Positions 9,766 to 19,731 of a DNA stretch of 32,000 nt are shown piece after piece. The DNA lies in contig NZ_CP195536.1 in NCBI RefSeq assembly GCF_051307035.1, positions 660,001 through 692,000 on the forward strand, given 5' to 3'. Position 1 is the first letter of the stretch, and each line of letters opens with the position of its first letter. The position numbers and the translations under genes were made by a program. Under the pieces are notes generated by a model. The model was not told the origin of the DNA, searched no databases, and was given only the letters and a program-made list of their open reading frames with translations. The stretch is from Psychrobacter sp. DM4. GTDB taxonomy: Bacteria > Pseudomonadota > Gammaproteobacteria > Pseudomonadales > Moraxellaceae.

Positions 9766-9885
9766 TGTTATAATGCTCAGTATTAAGCGGACTCATTTCG
9801 ATGACAACCTTAGCACAAATAAGTATTTTTCAATTAATCGGCGATGACATTAGTCTCGTCAACTGTTAAAGAGTTAGGAAAAATT
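9766..9885 (+). promoter_or_regulatory. Candidate extended -10 promoter (TGtTATAAT, 9766-9774) plus long 5' UTR of the cold-shock gene
   Basis: TGnTATAAT is read directly. The predicted leader is about 105 nt, in line with the long leaders of cspA-family genes. An 8-nt direct repeat cgatgaca lies within the leader at 9799-9806 and 9842-9849. Confidence 0.45.
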
Positions 9886-10098
9886 ATGTCAGATAAAGTT
9901 GAAGGCACCGTAAAGTGGTTTAATGAAGCTAAAGGTTTTGGTTTTATCGCTCAAGACAATGGCGGTCAAGATGTATTCGCTCATTACAGCGCTATTCAAG
10001 GTGGTGGCTTTAAAACACTAGCTGAAGGCCAAAAAGTTTCTTTCGTTCTAGGTCAAGGTCAGAAAGGTCCACAAGCTGAGCAAATCGAAGCTTTGTAA
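9886..10098 (+). CDS. Cold-shock protein, CspA family (70 aa)
   Basis: The RNP1/RNP2 motifs KGFGFI and VFAHYS are present within [40 protein letters not shown]-like taggaa sits 6 nt upstream (gagttaggaaaaatt then ATG). The ORF-track start at 9844 is an over-extension. Confidence 0.9.
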   Translation: MSDKVEGTVKWFNEAKGFGFIAQDNGGQDVFAHYSAIQGGGFKTLAEGQKVSFVLGQGQKGPQAEQIEAL

Positions 10099-10159
10099 TC
10101 TTTAACTTAGATTATATTGTTTTATAACAATAAAAATATTGTTTAGACTGTATAGAAAA

Positions 10160-10190
10160 GCAACCTATAAACAGATAGGTTGCTTTTTTT
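10160..10190 (+). terminator. Rho-independent terminator of the csp gene
   Basis: Stem gcaacctat / ataggttgc, 6-nt loop, then a run of 7 T. Confidence 0.8.
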
Positions 10191-10250
10191 ATGGATAAAA
10201 TTCATTAGTGCATTAGTTTAAATTCAAAGTAGCAAAGTTAGGAGCTAATC

Positions 10251-10832
10251 ATGGAATGGCAGTCTTGGATAATGATTGATGAGTATCAAATTATTGGCAT
10301 TATGGTATCTGTTATCGTATTCTATTTTTGCCTCATACTATTTACTCGTATCGCAGGTTTGCGTAGCTTCTCTAAGCTCTCAAGTTACGATCTGGCAATG
10401 ACAATAGGCATTGGTAGTATCTTAGCCTCTACAGTAGTGTCAAAATCAACATCACTGATGCAAGGTATTTTTGCGGTTGCCATGTTGTTTCTCTTGCAGT
10501 CGGTAGTCTCTATTGTGCGTCGCAAACTTAAACCTATTAAGTCTCTATTAGATAACCAACCGATCATTCTAATGGCCAACGGTGAGTTTCTCTGGGACAG
10601 TTTAAAAGAGGCCAAATTGAGCACCAATGATGTCAACCAAGTGCTGCGTCAAAATGGGATTAAATCTACATCGGAAGTGTTTGCGGTCATCATGGAGACC
10701 ACTGCTGATATGAGCGTTATCAAAAACAGTAGTACCGCGCCCGAGTGGAGGCTTTTCGATGATGTACGTGACAAAGAGATTCTGATAAAGAGCACAAAGA
10801 ATACTACTAATCATGAACATTCGACTCATTAA
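10251..10832 (+). CDS. DUF421 (YetF-like) membrane protein
   Basis: FTRIAGLRSFSKLSSYDLAMTIGIGSILAS resembles the conserved DUF421 N-terminal membrane motif, and a soluble C-terminal half follows. SD aggag lies 7 nt upstream. Confidence 0.6.
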   Translation: MEWQSWIMIDEYQIIGIMVSVIVFYFCLILFTRIAGLRSFSKLSSYDLAMTIGIGSILASTVVSKSTSLMQGIFAVAMLFLLQSVVSIVRRKLKPIKSLLDNQPIILMANGEFLWDSLKEAKLSTNDVNQVLRQNGIKSTSEVFAVIMETTADMSVIKNSSTAPEWRLFDDVRDKEILIKSTKNTTNHEHSTH

Positions 10833-11123
10833 TAACAAAATGTTAAGAAAACGCAGTCTCTTAAATGCTATAAAGGTATATTGTGTTCTATATGACTGAA
10901 CTCAGACTTGTCTCAAAATAGTAAAGCTAAGATCAGAGTTGTCTATTTATGACGCTTTGTTCACGGCACTATCTTGATTTTAAATCTGTACTCGCGCAAG
11001 ATACTAGTGTTTTTAGTTAATTACTTAAGATACAGGTCAAATAAACTAAGGTTAGATAAACTGTAGTATCTATATTCAATAATAGGGGTCGATAGATTTG
11101 ATATTTATTATGACTCACCGTTT

Positions 11124-11151
11124 TTGATATTGTGTACGAAAGCTTTATAAT
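11124..11151 (+). promoter_or_regulatory. Candidate sigma-70 promoter for etfBA (TTGATA-16 bp-TATAAT)
   Basis: Hexamers at 11124-11129 and 11146-11151, about 95 bp upstream of the etfB ATG. Confidence 0.4.
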
Positions 11152-11244
11152 AACGCTTAGGTAAACAGTAAGCTCTTGGTTTTAATCTATAACCAAAGTC
11201 CCAGAATATACATTTAATTCATAACATTAATAAACGAGGAACGT

Positions 11245-11994
11245 ATGAAAGCATTAGTAGCGGTCAAGCGTGTCATTGATTATAACGTAAAGGTTCGTGT
11301 AAAAGCCGACAACTCTGGCGTTGATTTATCAAACACTAAAATGTCTATCAACCCATTTGATGAGATTGCGGTAGAAGAGGCAGTACGCCTCAAAGAAGCT
11401 GGCGTAATCGATGAGATTATCGTTGCCTCAATCGGTCCCAAAGAGTCGCAAGAGCAAATTCGTGCAGCCCTAGCATTGGGTGCTGATCGCGGCGTACTCG
11501 TACAAACCGATGATAAGCCTTATCCACTTCAAGTTGCTAAAATACTAAAAAGTATCGCTGAATCTGAGTCAACTGACATTATTCTGTTGGGTAAGCAAGC
11601 GATTGATGATGACAATAACCAAACAGGTCAAATGCTCGCAGCGCTAATGGGTATTGGTCAAGGTACGTTCGCCTCAGAAGTTAAAGTGGAAGGTGACAAA
11701 GTTAATGTTACTCGCGAAGTAGATGGCGGCTTACAAACCGTTGCGTTGACTTTGCCTGCGGTCATTACAACTGACTTGCGTCTCAATGAGCCGCGCTACG
11801 CTAAATTGCCTAACATCATGAAAGCGAAGAAGAAGCCACTTGATGAAAAAACGCCAGCAGATTTTGGTGTAGATATGACCTCTAAGCAGCAAATCACAAA
11901 AGTTGTGCCACCTGCTGCGCGTAAAGCGGGTATTACTGTCAAATCAGTAGATGAATTGGTCGATAAGCTCAGAAACGAAGCCAAAGTCATTTAA
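11245..11994 (+). CDS. etfB: Electron transfer flavoprotein beta subunit
   Basis: [19 protein letters not shown]..., [16 protein letters not shown] and [20 protein letters not shown] are canonical EtfB. SD gagga is upstream. Confidence 0.95.
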   Translation: MKALVAVKRVIDYNVKVRVKADNSGVDLSNTKMSINPFDEIAVEEAVRLKEAGVIDEIIVASIGPKESQEQIRAALALGADRGVLVQTDDKPYPLQVAKILKSIAESESTDIILLGKQAIDDDNNQTGQMLAALMGIGQGTFASEVKVEGDKVNVTREVDGGLQTVALTLPAVITTDLRLNEPRYAKLPNIMKAKKKPLDEKTPADFGVDMTSKQQITKVVPPAARKAGITVKSVDELVDKLRNEAKVI

Positions 11995-12112
11995 GCTTCT
12001 GTGGCTTTTTGTGTGGCTTGCTACTACTGCTTTGGACGAGAGATAGTTAAGAGTAGTAGAGTAAGACATGATCATAGGTATAGACGATAAGAATTGATAA
12101 AGGATAAAGACA

Positions 12113-13045
12113 ATGGCTATTTTGGTATATGCAGAACATGACAATGTCAGTCTAAAAAAGGCAACTCTAAATACAATCGCGGCAGCCAAACAAATCGGTG
12201 ACGACGTACATGTATTAGTCGCAGGTAGCGGTAGTCAAGCCGCTGCTGATGAAGCCGCTAAAGCTGAAGGCGTGACTAAAGTACTGTTAGCAGACAACGC
12301 CGCTTATGAGCATCAACTAGCAGCGAATATCGCTCTATTGGTTGCTGATATCGCAGGCGACTATAGTCATATCATTGCACCTGCAACGACGACTGGCAAA
12401 AACTTTATGCCACGCGTAGCAGCTTTGCTTGATGTGAGTATGCTATCAGAGATATCTGCGGTGATCGACGCGCAAACCTTTGAGCGTCCTATCTACGCAG
12501 GTAATGCAACGGCGACGGTCAAGACCTCAGAAGATAAAGTTATAATGACAGTTCGTACGACTGCATTTGATCCTGTGGCTAGCGAAGGTGGCTCAGCAAC
12601 GGTTGAAACTCTCGATAACGTACAAGATGCTGGCAAATCAAGCTTTGTTGGTCAAGAAATGGCTAAATCTGATCGTCCTGAGCTTACCTCAGCAGGTATT
12701 GTTGTATCAGGCGGCCGTGCTCTTGCGAACGGTGAGAACTTCACTAAATACATCGAGCCATTAGCAGACAAACTAGGCGCTGCTGTTGGTGCATCACGCG
12801 CTGCGGTAGATGCAGGCTACGTACCAAACGATATGCAGGTTGGTCAAACGGGTAAAATTGTTGCACCGCAATTGTATATCGCCGCTGGTATCTCAGGCGC
12901 TATTCAGCACATGGCAGGCATGAAAGACTCTAAAGTTATCGTTGCTATTAACAATGATCCTGAGTCTCCGATCGCAAGCGTTGCTGATTACTTCTTAGAA
13001 GCGGATCTGTTTGAAGCCTTACCTGAGCTGACTAGTAAAATCTAG
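12113..13045 (+). CDS. etfA: Electron transfer flavoprotein alpha subunit
   Basis: The C-terminal FAD-binding region VGASRAAVDAGYVPNDMQVGQTGKIVAPQLYIAAGISGAIQHMAGM is canonical EtfA. Confidence 0.95.
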   Translation: MAILVYAEHDNVSLKKATLNTIAAAKQIGDDVHVLVAGSGSQAAADEAAKAEGVTKVLLADNAAYEHQLAANIALLVADIAGDYSHIIAPATTTGKNFMPRVAALLDVSMLSEISAVIDAQTFERPIYAGNATATVKTSEDKVIMTVRTTAFDPVASEGGSATVETLDNVQDAGKSSFVGQEMAKSDRPELTSAGIVVSGGRALANGENFTKYIEPLADKLGAAVGASRAAVDAGYVPNDMQVGQTGKIVAPQLYIAAGISGAIQHMAGMKDSKVIVAINNDPESPIASVADYFLEADLFEALPELTSKI

Positions 13046-13062
13046 TTTTTGCTCAAGGTCAT

Positions 13063-13094
13063 AAAAAATCCCGCTACGTGTAGCGGGATTTTTG
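13063..13094. terminator. Bidirectional terminator between etfA and the convergent methyltransferase gene
   Basis: Stem aaaaatcccgcta / tagcgggattttt, loop cgtg, with an A-run and a T-run flanking. Confidence 0.8.
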
Positions 13095-13129
13095 TGTTTT
13101 GGAGATAAGTTTATGTTAGTGATTAAGTA

Positions 13130-13924
13130 TTAACTATATTGACGTTGTCGCAGCGTCTCATACAAACACAGCGCGCCTGCAATAGCAACATTGAGACTCT
13201 CTTGACCATTGGGCTGCGGTAAGGCAATAGGGGTCGCGCATTGCATGAGTTCGTTACAGACCCCTTGACCTTCATGTCCCATAATCCACGCAATAGGCGT
13301 ACGCAAATCATACTCGTAGATCAATGTATCAGTATGCGAGCTGGTCGCTAGTAACGGCACTTTGACTTGTTCTAAAATGTTAGGGACTTTTAATCCTTCA
13401 AATACCGTTAGAGCAAACTGCGCACCCATGCCCGCACGCAAAGTCTTGGGCGACCAGACTTGCGCGCAACCCTCAGTACAGAGCACATGGGTAATACCGA
13501 TAGCGGCTGCGGTACGCAATAGCGTACCGACATTACCACTATCTTGTACCTCATCGAGGATTAGGCAGTCATTATCGATGACTGGCAGACTGTGTTTAGG
13601 TACCTCAATGGTAGCCATAATGTCTATACCAGTACCAAGCTCGCTGATGCTACGATATAGCGTATCTGGTAGTGTTGCGATGCCAATATGGCTGGGTAAA
13701 CGCATGAGTAGCTGACGCACTTCATTATGCGTATGCGCTGACTCTGACAAAAGTACCTGAGACAACGGATAGTCACTACGTAGTGCTGCATCAATTAGAT
13801 GTATGCCTTCGAGTACAGTTTGACCGAGTTTTTTGCGCTGGCGGGCCTGCGTTAGTAGTGCTTTGACCAGCTTTATCGTCTGATTTTTATCAGAGGTGAT
13901 TATTTCGGTAGGGTTTGCGCTCAT
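13130..13924 (-). CDS. TrmH/SpoU-family RNA 2'-O-methyltransferase (substrate unknown)
   Basis: The SpoU motifs LDEVQDSGNVGTLLRTAAAIG, IMGHEGQGV and ESLNVAIAGALCLYE are present. I cannot assign the specific rRNA or tRNA target. Confidence 0.8.
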   Translation of the reverse strand: MSANPTEIITSDKNQTIKLVKALLTQARQRKKLGQTVLEGIHLIDAALRSDYPLSQVLLSESAHTHNEVRQLLMRLPSHIGIATLPDTLYRSISELGTGIDIMATIEVPKHSLPVIDNDCLILDEVQDSGNVGTLLRTAAAIGITHVLCTEGCAQVWSPKTLRAGMGAQFALTVFEGLKVPNILEQVKVPLLATSSHTDTLIYEYDLRTPIAWIMGHEGQGVCNELMQCATPIALPQPNGQESLNVAIAGALCLYETLRQRQYS

Positions 13925-13980
13925 AATTAATAGCTTACTATTCAGAAAAAATTGTGTTAAAAGTCAGCAAAGGGTATGTA

Positions 13981-14964
13981 CTATACCTGGTCATGTTGCA
14001 TATGCAGGTTCTTGATATAGCTGACTTCGTTTTTACTACCTAGTACCACAGGTACACGCTGATGAATATCGTTAGGTTCTATATCCAAAATCCTAGTAGT
14101 AGCGTCAGTCGCTGCGCCGCCTGCCCGCTCGATTAGTAAGCTCATAGGATTGGCTTCGTACATTAAGCGAAGCTTACCTGGTTTGTTGATATCTTTGGTG
14201 TCAAAAGGATAGGTGAATAAGCCACCACGACATAAAATACGGTGTACGTCGCCGACCATAGCAGCGACCCAGCGAGTATTGAAATCTCGTCCTCGTACTC
14301 CAGTTCTGCCTGCGATTAGCTCGTCAATATAGTTCTGCATAGGCACGTGCCAGTAGCGATAGTTTGAGCTATTGATAGCATACTCGCTCGTATCGGCATC
14401 AATCTGAACATTATCTTCTATTACCACATAATCATTGGTGTCTGGGTCTAAACTGAACATGATCACATTATCAGCAATAGTCAAAGCGAGCATAGTTGAA
14501 GTGCCATAAAGTAAATAACCTGCTGCCAGCTGCTGATGACCCGCTTGCAAGAAGTCACTGTTTTCACTGGTGTGGCCTTGACGTAAGTAGGGTAGGATGG
14601 AGAATATCGTACCGACCGCCATATTGATGTCGATGTTCGATGAGCCATCTAAGGGGTCAAATAAGACTAGCAAGCTACCATCGTTATTGGCAGGAGTGGC
14701 GTCATCTAATTCTTCCGAGGCAACACCAGCACAGTGAGCATTTTTGGCGAGCGCGTCTAAGAGTAAATCATTAGCGATTACATCGAGCTTTTTTTGTTCT
14801 TCGCCTTGCACATTCTGATTACCTGCTTCGCCCATTATATCTGCTAATGCCCCCTTTCTAAGTAATTCTGATATGGTAACGCCGACGTCCGCAAGCGTAG
14901 TAATCACATCGTTAATCGCAGCGGAGGTAGAGTGCTTGTTTAGATACTGGGCCAAGGTTGTCAT
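13981..14964 (-). CDS. fbp: Fructose-1,6-bisphosphatase class 1
   Basis: [37 protein letters not shown] and [21 protein letters not shown] match class I FBPase. I prefer ATG 14964 (MTTLAQYL) over the TTG extension at 14976. Confidence 0.92.
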   Translation of the reverse strand: MTTLAQYLNKHSTSAAINDVITTLADVGVTISELLRKGALADIMGEAGNQNVQGEEQKKLDVIANDLLLDALAKNAHCAGVASEELDDATPANNDGSLLVLFDPLDGSSNIDINMAVGTIFSILPYLRQGHTSENSDFLQAGHQQLAAGYLLYGTSTMLALTIADNVIMFSLDPDTNDYVVIEDNVQIDADTSEYAINSSNYRYWHVPMQNYIDELIAGRTGVRGRDFNTRWVAAMVGDVHRILCRGGLFTYPFDTKDINKPGKLRLMYEANPMSLLIERAGGAATDATTRILDIEPNDIHQRVPVVLGSKNEVSYIKNLHMQHDQV

Positions 14965-15357
14965 AGAGTTTCTCAATAAATAAAATATAAAAAGGTGGTA
15001 TTAATAGAGTTTTTTATCTTTGTATTAAATATTCATGGTGACTTGTACAATGCTGATATTAACCCAGAAAAGCTACAATTAGCCCCTCTTGTTTCTTTGT
15101 ACTGTCTAAAAAATCAGCTACACTAGATTTATCAGAAGTGCTGTCCTTACGTTTATGACTCTCTAGTAAGTTCTACTTAGTTTAAAACGAAGTGTAGCAA
15201 ATAAGCATCAAATTGTCGCCGTTTCTACTGCTTTGCTTGCCAATATCAGCTTGTAATCATCTATAATTTATACTAATAACTGCTAACGCGCGCTTTAGCT
15301 AACAATGTCGATTAAACGAATAACAAAGACCTAAACCAACAACGAAGACTTGCCACT

Positions 15358-16431
15358 ATGCCAAACGCTACTGATAGCCATGCCACTAACAAAGTCTCGC
15401 CATCTGACTACGTTAAGTTTGATCCGAGCACTATTCATGAGCGACTTAATACATCGCTTAGTCGTCCTCAGCTCAACGCTGATGGTAGTATTCGACACTT
15501 TTTGGGAGTAGAAGGATTAAACAAGGCGCAGCTCCAATCCATTATAACTAAAGCGGAAACCTTTTTTGACGACAAAGGCTTATTAGTCAATAGGCCTGAG
15601 CTTGAAGGCTGTACGGTGATGAACTTGTTTTTTGAGCCCTCAACTCGTACTCGTACCACTTTTGAGGTGGCTGAGAAGCGCTTGGGAGCCAACGTCCTTA
15701 ATATCGATATTGCCCGCTCTAGTACCAAAAAAGGCGAGAGCCTACGTGATACCTTGTGGAATTTGCAAGCGATGACAGCCGATATCTTTGTCGTGCGTCA
15801 CTCCGCATCAGGGGCGGCGCACTTTATGGCGACAGAAGTCACGCCTAATATTGCGATTATCAATGGTGGTGATGGCTGGCATGCTCATCCCACTCAGGGG
15901 ATGCTCGATATGTTGACCATTCATCGCAATGCACCGCGTCCTTTTGAGGAGCTTTCAGTCGCCATTATTGGTGATATCAAGCACTCACGAGTAGCGCGCT
16001 CAGATATTAGCGCCCTTCAAACACTTGGTGTCAAGGACATTCGCGTGATCGCACCGCGTACCTTGTTACCAAAAGGTATTGAGCGTTTTGGCGTTACAGT
16101 CTATGAGGATATCGATCAATGCGTCAGTGACTGCGATGTGATCATGGGTTTGCGTATTCAAAATGAGCGTATTGACTCCCCGTTATTATCCTCATCAAAT
16201 GAGTACTACAAACATTATGGCATCACGCCTGCGCGGGTAGCGCGAGCCAAGCCTGATGCTTTGATCATGCATCCAGGACCGATGAATCGCGGCATTGAGA
16301 TTGCCTCAAGCGTTGCAGATGGTCCGCAGTCAGTAATCTTAGAGCAGGTGAGTAATGGCGTGGCAATTCGTATGGCAGTATTGTCACTCGCTATGCAAGG
16401 ACAGCGCGCTTATCAAGCGTCTGGATTATAA
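15358..16431 (+). CDS. pyrB: Aspartate carbamoyltransferase catalytic chain
   Basis: The motifs [21 protein letters not shown] and HPGPMNRG are present. The N-terminal extension is longer than in the enteric enzyme, as in Pseudomonas-type (class A) ATCases. Confidence 0.93.
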   Translation: MPNATDSHATNKVSPSDYVKFDPSTIHERLNTSLSRPQLNADGSIRHFLGVEGLNKAQLQSIITKAETFFDDKGLLVNRPELEGCTVMNLFFEPSTRTRTTFEVAEKRLGANVLNIDIARSSTKKGESLRDTLWNLQAMTADIFVVRHSASGAAHFMATEVTPNIAIINGGDGWHAHPTQGMLDMLTIHRNAPRPFEELSVAIIGDIKHSRVARSDISALQTLGVKDIRVIAPRTLLPKGIERFGVTVYEDIDQCVSDCDVIMGLRIQNERIDSPLLSSSNEYYKHYGITPARVARAKPDALIMHPGPMNRGIEIASSVADGPQSVILEQVSNGVAIRMAVLSLAMQGQRAYQASGL

Positions 16432-16501
16432 TACATTACATGCCTTGTTCGACGCCATTTAACGTTATCACTTTACTTATTCAATCCTTAATACGGTAAC
16501 T

Positions 16502-17719
16502 ATGCTCATGTCTACATCCTTAATCAATAATGATTTGATACATAACCTATTGCCCCAGTCATTTGTATCTACACTTTCAGGCACCATAAATGATCACTTA
16601 GATAAAAATAATATAGATCATGAAATGTGGCTACTACCACCGCTCGTTGATTTGTGTGCACGCCTAAGAGAGCCAGGTCAGCAGCAACATGGTACGCTAA
16701 TATCAGAGGGGCAAGCTGCGCGTGCTAATGGTTTTTTGCATGTCATCATACCTCCTGATACCAACCCTATATTAGAGAATGGCTCACTGCTTAAAGGATT
16801 GCGTGAGCGTGCACTTGATGATGGCGGCATTTATTTACATATTTTGGGTGCGCTAACAGCAGGGCTTGAGGGCACGCACCCCTCCAACATCGCGGGTCTA
16901 AAAAAGGGTAATTGTATCGCCGTCTCAAATGCCCGCCGACCTTTTAAAAATGATTTGGTGCTACTACGGACGCTGGAGTATGCGGCAACCTTTGGTATGA
17001 AAGTGTTCTTTTATCCTGATGAGCCAAGCTTGTCAGGTGAAGGTGTGGCACATGAAGGTTATATTGCCTCTTATCATGGCTTGCAAGGCATTCCTTGGAT
17101 CGCTGAGACAGTAGCATTATCAACTCAGCTACTGATGGTAGAAGAGACGGGTATTGCTGCGCATTTTAGTCAGCTATCCTGTAAATCATCAGTTGAGCTG
17201 ATGCGCTGGGCAAAGGATAAAGGCCTGCCTGTCACTTGTGACGTCGCTATGCATCAGTTGTATCTAACCGATGACAATCTAGAAGGCTTCAATGCTCAGG
17301 CCTACGTGCTACCGCCGCTGCGTAGTAATACCGATCAACAGGCACTATTACGCGGACTCAAAGATGGCACTATCGATGCCATCTGTAGTCATCATGAGCC
17401 TCTAAATGCTACTGCTAAACAAGCTCCTTTCGCTGAGAGCACGCCTGGTATCTCAAACTTCGATACTTTTATGGCACTAGCGTGTCAACTGGTGCGTGAT
17501 GAAGTACTTAGTTTGAAAGAGTTAGTAAACAAAATATGTCTCAATCCTGCCAAAATTGCGGGCATCGAGACACAGTACGCAGAAATAGGCGGGGCCGTGC
17601 TTATTGATCCTGATTTTAAGTGGCAAGTTACCGCGCAAACTATGCATTCTAATGGCAAGAATACCCCATTCTTTAATCAGCATTTGCAAGGGCGCGTAGT
17701 GGAGACGTTCTTTGGCTAA
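16502..17719 (+). CDS. Dihydroorotase-like non-catalytic ATCase partner (PyrC', also called PyrX)
   Basis: It has the amidohydrolase/DHOase fold pattern with degenerate metal ligands. DLCARLREPG sits where active enzymes have D-x-H-x-H-LREPG, and DAICSHHEP where they have DxIxTDHAP. It lies directly downstream of pyrB, as in Pseudomonas. Confidence 0.8.
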   Translation: MLMSTSLINNDLIHNLLPQSFVSTLSGTINDHLDKNNIDHEMWLLPPLVDLCARLREPGQQQHGTLISEGQAARANGFLHVIIPPDTNPILENGSLLKGLRERALDDGGIYLHILGALTAGLEGTHPSNIAGLKKGNCIAVSNARRPFKNDLVLLRTLEYAATFGMKVFFYPDEPSLSGEGVAHEGYIASYHGLQGIPWIAETVALSTQLLMVEETGIAAHFSQLSCKSSVELMRWAKDKGLPVTCDVAMHQLYLTDDNLEGFNAQAYVLPPLRSNTDQQALLRGLKDGTIDAICSHHEPLNATAKQAPFAESTPGISNFDTFMALACQLVRDEVLSLKELVNKICLNPAKIAGIETQYAEIGGAVLIDPDFKWQVTAQTMHSNGKNTPFFNQHLQGRVVETFFG

Positions 17720-18227
17720 TACGTCAGATCTACCCAAAGTCATTAATAGCACCTTGACAGAGGTTCACTCCAAGTCTAGCGAATCAATTAAGGCTGTGGC
17801 GATTTATGAGATCGTAAAAGGGGTAGGGGCGATGCTTGGGGCAGGAGCGTTGTGGATATGGCATAGCGATTTTGAAAAGTGGCTTGCCAACGCTCACGAC
17901 TCGTGGCAGGGCTATTTTGGAGGGTTACTCGCGCCGCAAGTTGAGAGTGCGGTACAAATTGCACAGAACGCCAGTCAAAATTGGACGCTATTTTTACTGT
18001 TTATAGTTTTTTATATTAGTTTGCGTTTTATCGAAGCGTATGGCTTATGGCAAGATAAAACATGGGCGTATTGGTTCAGTGTAATTGGTTATGGCGTGTT
18101 TATTCCCGTTGAGATTTACTACTTCATTGTTAGCCCGTTTGACTGGTTTAAGCTGGGAATATTACTACTTAATATCATCATTGTAATCGTGGTTTATCGT
18201 AGTATGAAAAAGAAAGGTCTGTTATAA
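17712..18227 (+). CDS. DUF2127 family membrane protein
   Basis: AVAIYEIVKGVGAMLGAGALWIWH and the C-terminal IPVEIYYFIV...LLLNIIIVIVVY resemble DUF2127. The TTG start at 17712 has SD ggaga 6 nt upstream and overlaps the pyrC' stop by 8 nt. TTG 17754 is an alternative start. Confidence 0.6.
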   Translation: MANTSDLPKVINSTLTEVHSKSSESIKAVAIYEIVKGVGAMLGAGALWIWHSDFEKWLANAHDSWQGYFGGLLAPQVESAVQIAQNASQNWTLFLLFIVFYISLRFIEAYGLWQDKTWAYWFSVIGYGVFIPVEIYYFIVSPFDWFKLGILLLNIIIVIVVYRSMKKKGLL

Positions 18228-18300
18228 AACCGAAGGTTTAAGTAGTTGTAATGAAGCTTCGAGTCGCTATTATAAATAAAAAACTTATCTTGAGTAGAAT

Positions 18301-18351
18301 AAAAAAGCCAGTATCGCGCTATTATTTTAATATAGCGCGATACTGGCTTTT
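18301..18351. terminator. Bidirectional terminator between DUF2127 and the convergent antiporter gene
   Basis: Perfect 16-bp stem gccagtatcgcgctat / atagcgcgatactggc, 9-nt loop, flanked by aaaaaa and tttt. Confidence 0.85.
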
Positions 18352-18382
18352 GACGAGTATAAATTAGCTACAACCTTACTAT

Positions 18383-19639
18383 TTATACCTGACTGATCGA
18401 CTTAGCAACTTTTCCTACACTCAATCCCTGTACTAGAATAGAGAATATTACCACCGCATAGGTGAGTGCAAGCAAAATATCACGCTCGGCCCCTGCAGGT
18501 AACTGGAGCACTAAAGCTACCGAAATACCGCCACGCAGTCCGCCCCATGTCAGCACCTTCCAAGCACCTGAGGGCAGATCAAGCTGACGATTGAGGGTTT
18601 TGGTCGTCAGGCCGACGACGATAAACCTAGCAACGAGCGCGATAATAATAGTCAAACCTGCGGCGATAAATAGATTGCCTGAGTAGGCGATCATGACTAC
18701 TTCTAAACCGATGAGAACAAATAAAATCGCATTTAATATCTCATCAATCAGCTCCCAAAATAGATCAATATAGTGGCGCGTCTGATCACTCATAGCTAAG
18801 GCGCGGCCGCGATTACCCACCATAAGTCCCATCATTACCATAGCTAGCGGTCCTGATAAATGCCAGTGGCTGGCTAGCGCATAACCACCTATGACCCCAG
18901 CTAAAGTAAGTAGCACCTCATCTTGATAGCTATCGATGCTTTTGATCATATAGTACAAGATAGCACCAAGTACCAAACCAAAGATAATACCGCCGCCTGC
19001 TTCTACTGCTAAGGTATGAGCGACATAGTTGGCAGTGGGAATATCACCACTGGTCAATATCCCAAGCAGCAATACAAAGATAACCACACCAAGACCGTCG
19101 TTGAACAGCGACTCGCCAGCGATAACCGTCTCCAAACTCTTGGGTGCGCCAGCTGATGACAAGATACCCATGACCGCAATAGGGTCAGTAGGCGATATCA
19201 GCGCGCCAAATAACAAACACCAGATCAGAGGCAAACCAAACCCAAACAGCGGTAGCATGTAATAAAGCGCGACTGCGATCAGCACTGCTGATATCACCGT
19301 ACCTAAGCCTGCCAGTACAGCAATAGGCAGCTTATAGCGTTTTAGATCACCAATATTGACATGTAACGCTGCTGCAAATAGCAGCATAGACAACATGCCA
19401 TCAAGTAATACTTCGGTAAAATCAAGCTGGTTCAATAAGCTGATCTCATAATCAATCAGCTGATCAAACCCTAAAAAACCCAAAAATATTGCCATTATAG
19501 ACAATAAGATAGAGATGACCATAACGCCGATAGTAGTCGGCAGGCCAATAAATCGATGATTGATATACGACAATACCGCAGTAACAGACAAAAAGATGGC
19601 GCTGACTTCAAGGAGGGATAGACTAGTGGTTGATGCCAT
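18383..19639 (-). CDS. CPA1-family monovalent cation:proton antiporter (NhaP-like, membrane domain only)
   Basis: It is polytopic with the CPA1 signature region LFGALISPTDPIAVMGIL and ESLFNDGLGVVIF. I prefer ATG 19639 (MASTTSL) over the TTG extension at 19669, which lacks an SD. Confidence 0.8.
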   Translation of the reverse strand: MASTTSLSLLEVSAIFLSVTAVLSYINHRFIGLPTTIGVMVISILLSIMAIFLGFLGFDQLIDYEISLLNQLDFTEVLLDGMLSMLLFAAALHVNIGDLKRYKLPIAVLAGLGTVISAVLIAVALYYMLPLFGFGLPLIWCLLFGALISPTDPIAVMGILSSAGAPKSLETVIAGESLFNDGLGVVIFVLLLGILTSGDIPTANYVAHTLAVEAGGGIIFGLVLGAILYYMIKSIDSYQDEVLLTLAGVIGGYALASHWHLSGPLAMVMMGLMVGNRGRALAMSDQTRHYIDLFWELIDEILNAILFVLIGLEVVMIAYSGNLFIAAGLTIIIALVARFIVVGLTTKTLNRQLDLPSGAWKVLTWGGLRGGISVALVLQLPAGAERDILLALTYAVVIFSILVQGLSVGKVAKSISQV

Positions 19640-19731
19640 AAAAATCTCAAAATGATATAAAGGGAACAAATACGTTCGTTAGGTTTAGCCTGCGCTTATA
19701 AGCAGGCTTTTATCTGTGGCAACAAAGTCGT

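Noticed and set aside
14965-14976. TTG/GTG-initiated 5' extensions in the ORF track (fbp 14976, antiporter 19669, ilvH 7177, csp 9844, groES 25596, pntAA 28987)
   Set aside because: Homologue N-termini and SD positions support the internal ATG starts. The extensions are artefacts of longest-ORF calling.
15236-15267. TTGCCA ... TATAAT considered as the pyrB promoter
   Set aside because: The spacer is 19 bp and alternative -35 hexamers are poor, so the support is insufficient in AT-rich DNA.
19687-19708. 7-bp stem hairpin (agcctgc / gcaggct) between DUF2254 and the antiporter gene, considered as a terminator
   Set aside because: The T-run follows the stem only on the plus strand, where no gene ends. 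In the minus-strand transcript the hairpin is followed by aaaccuaacg, so it is not a canonical intrinsic terminator.
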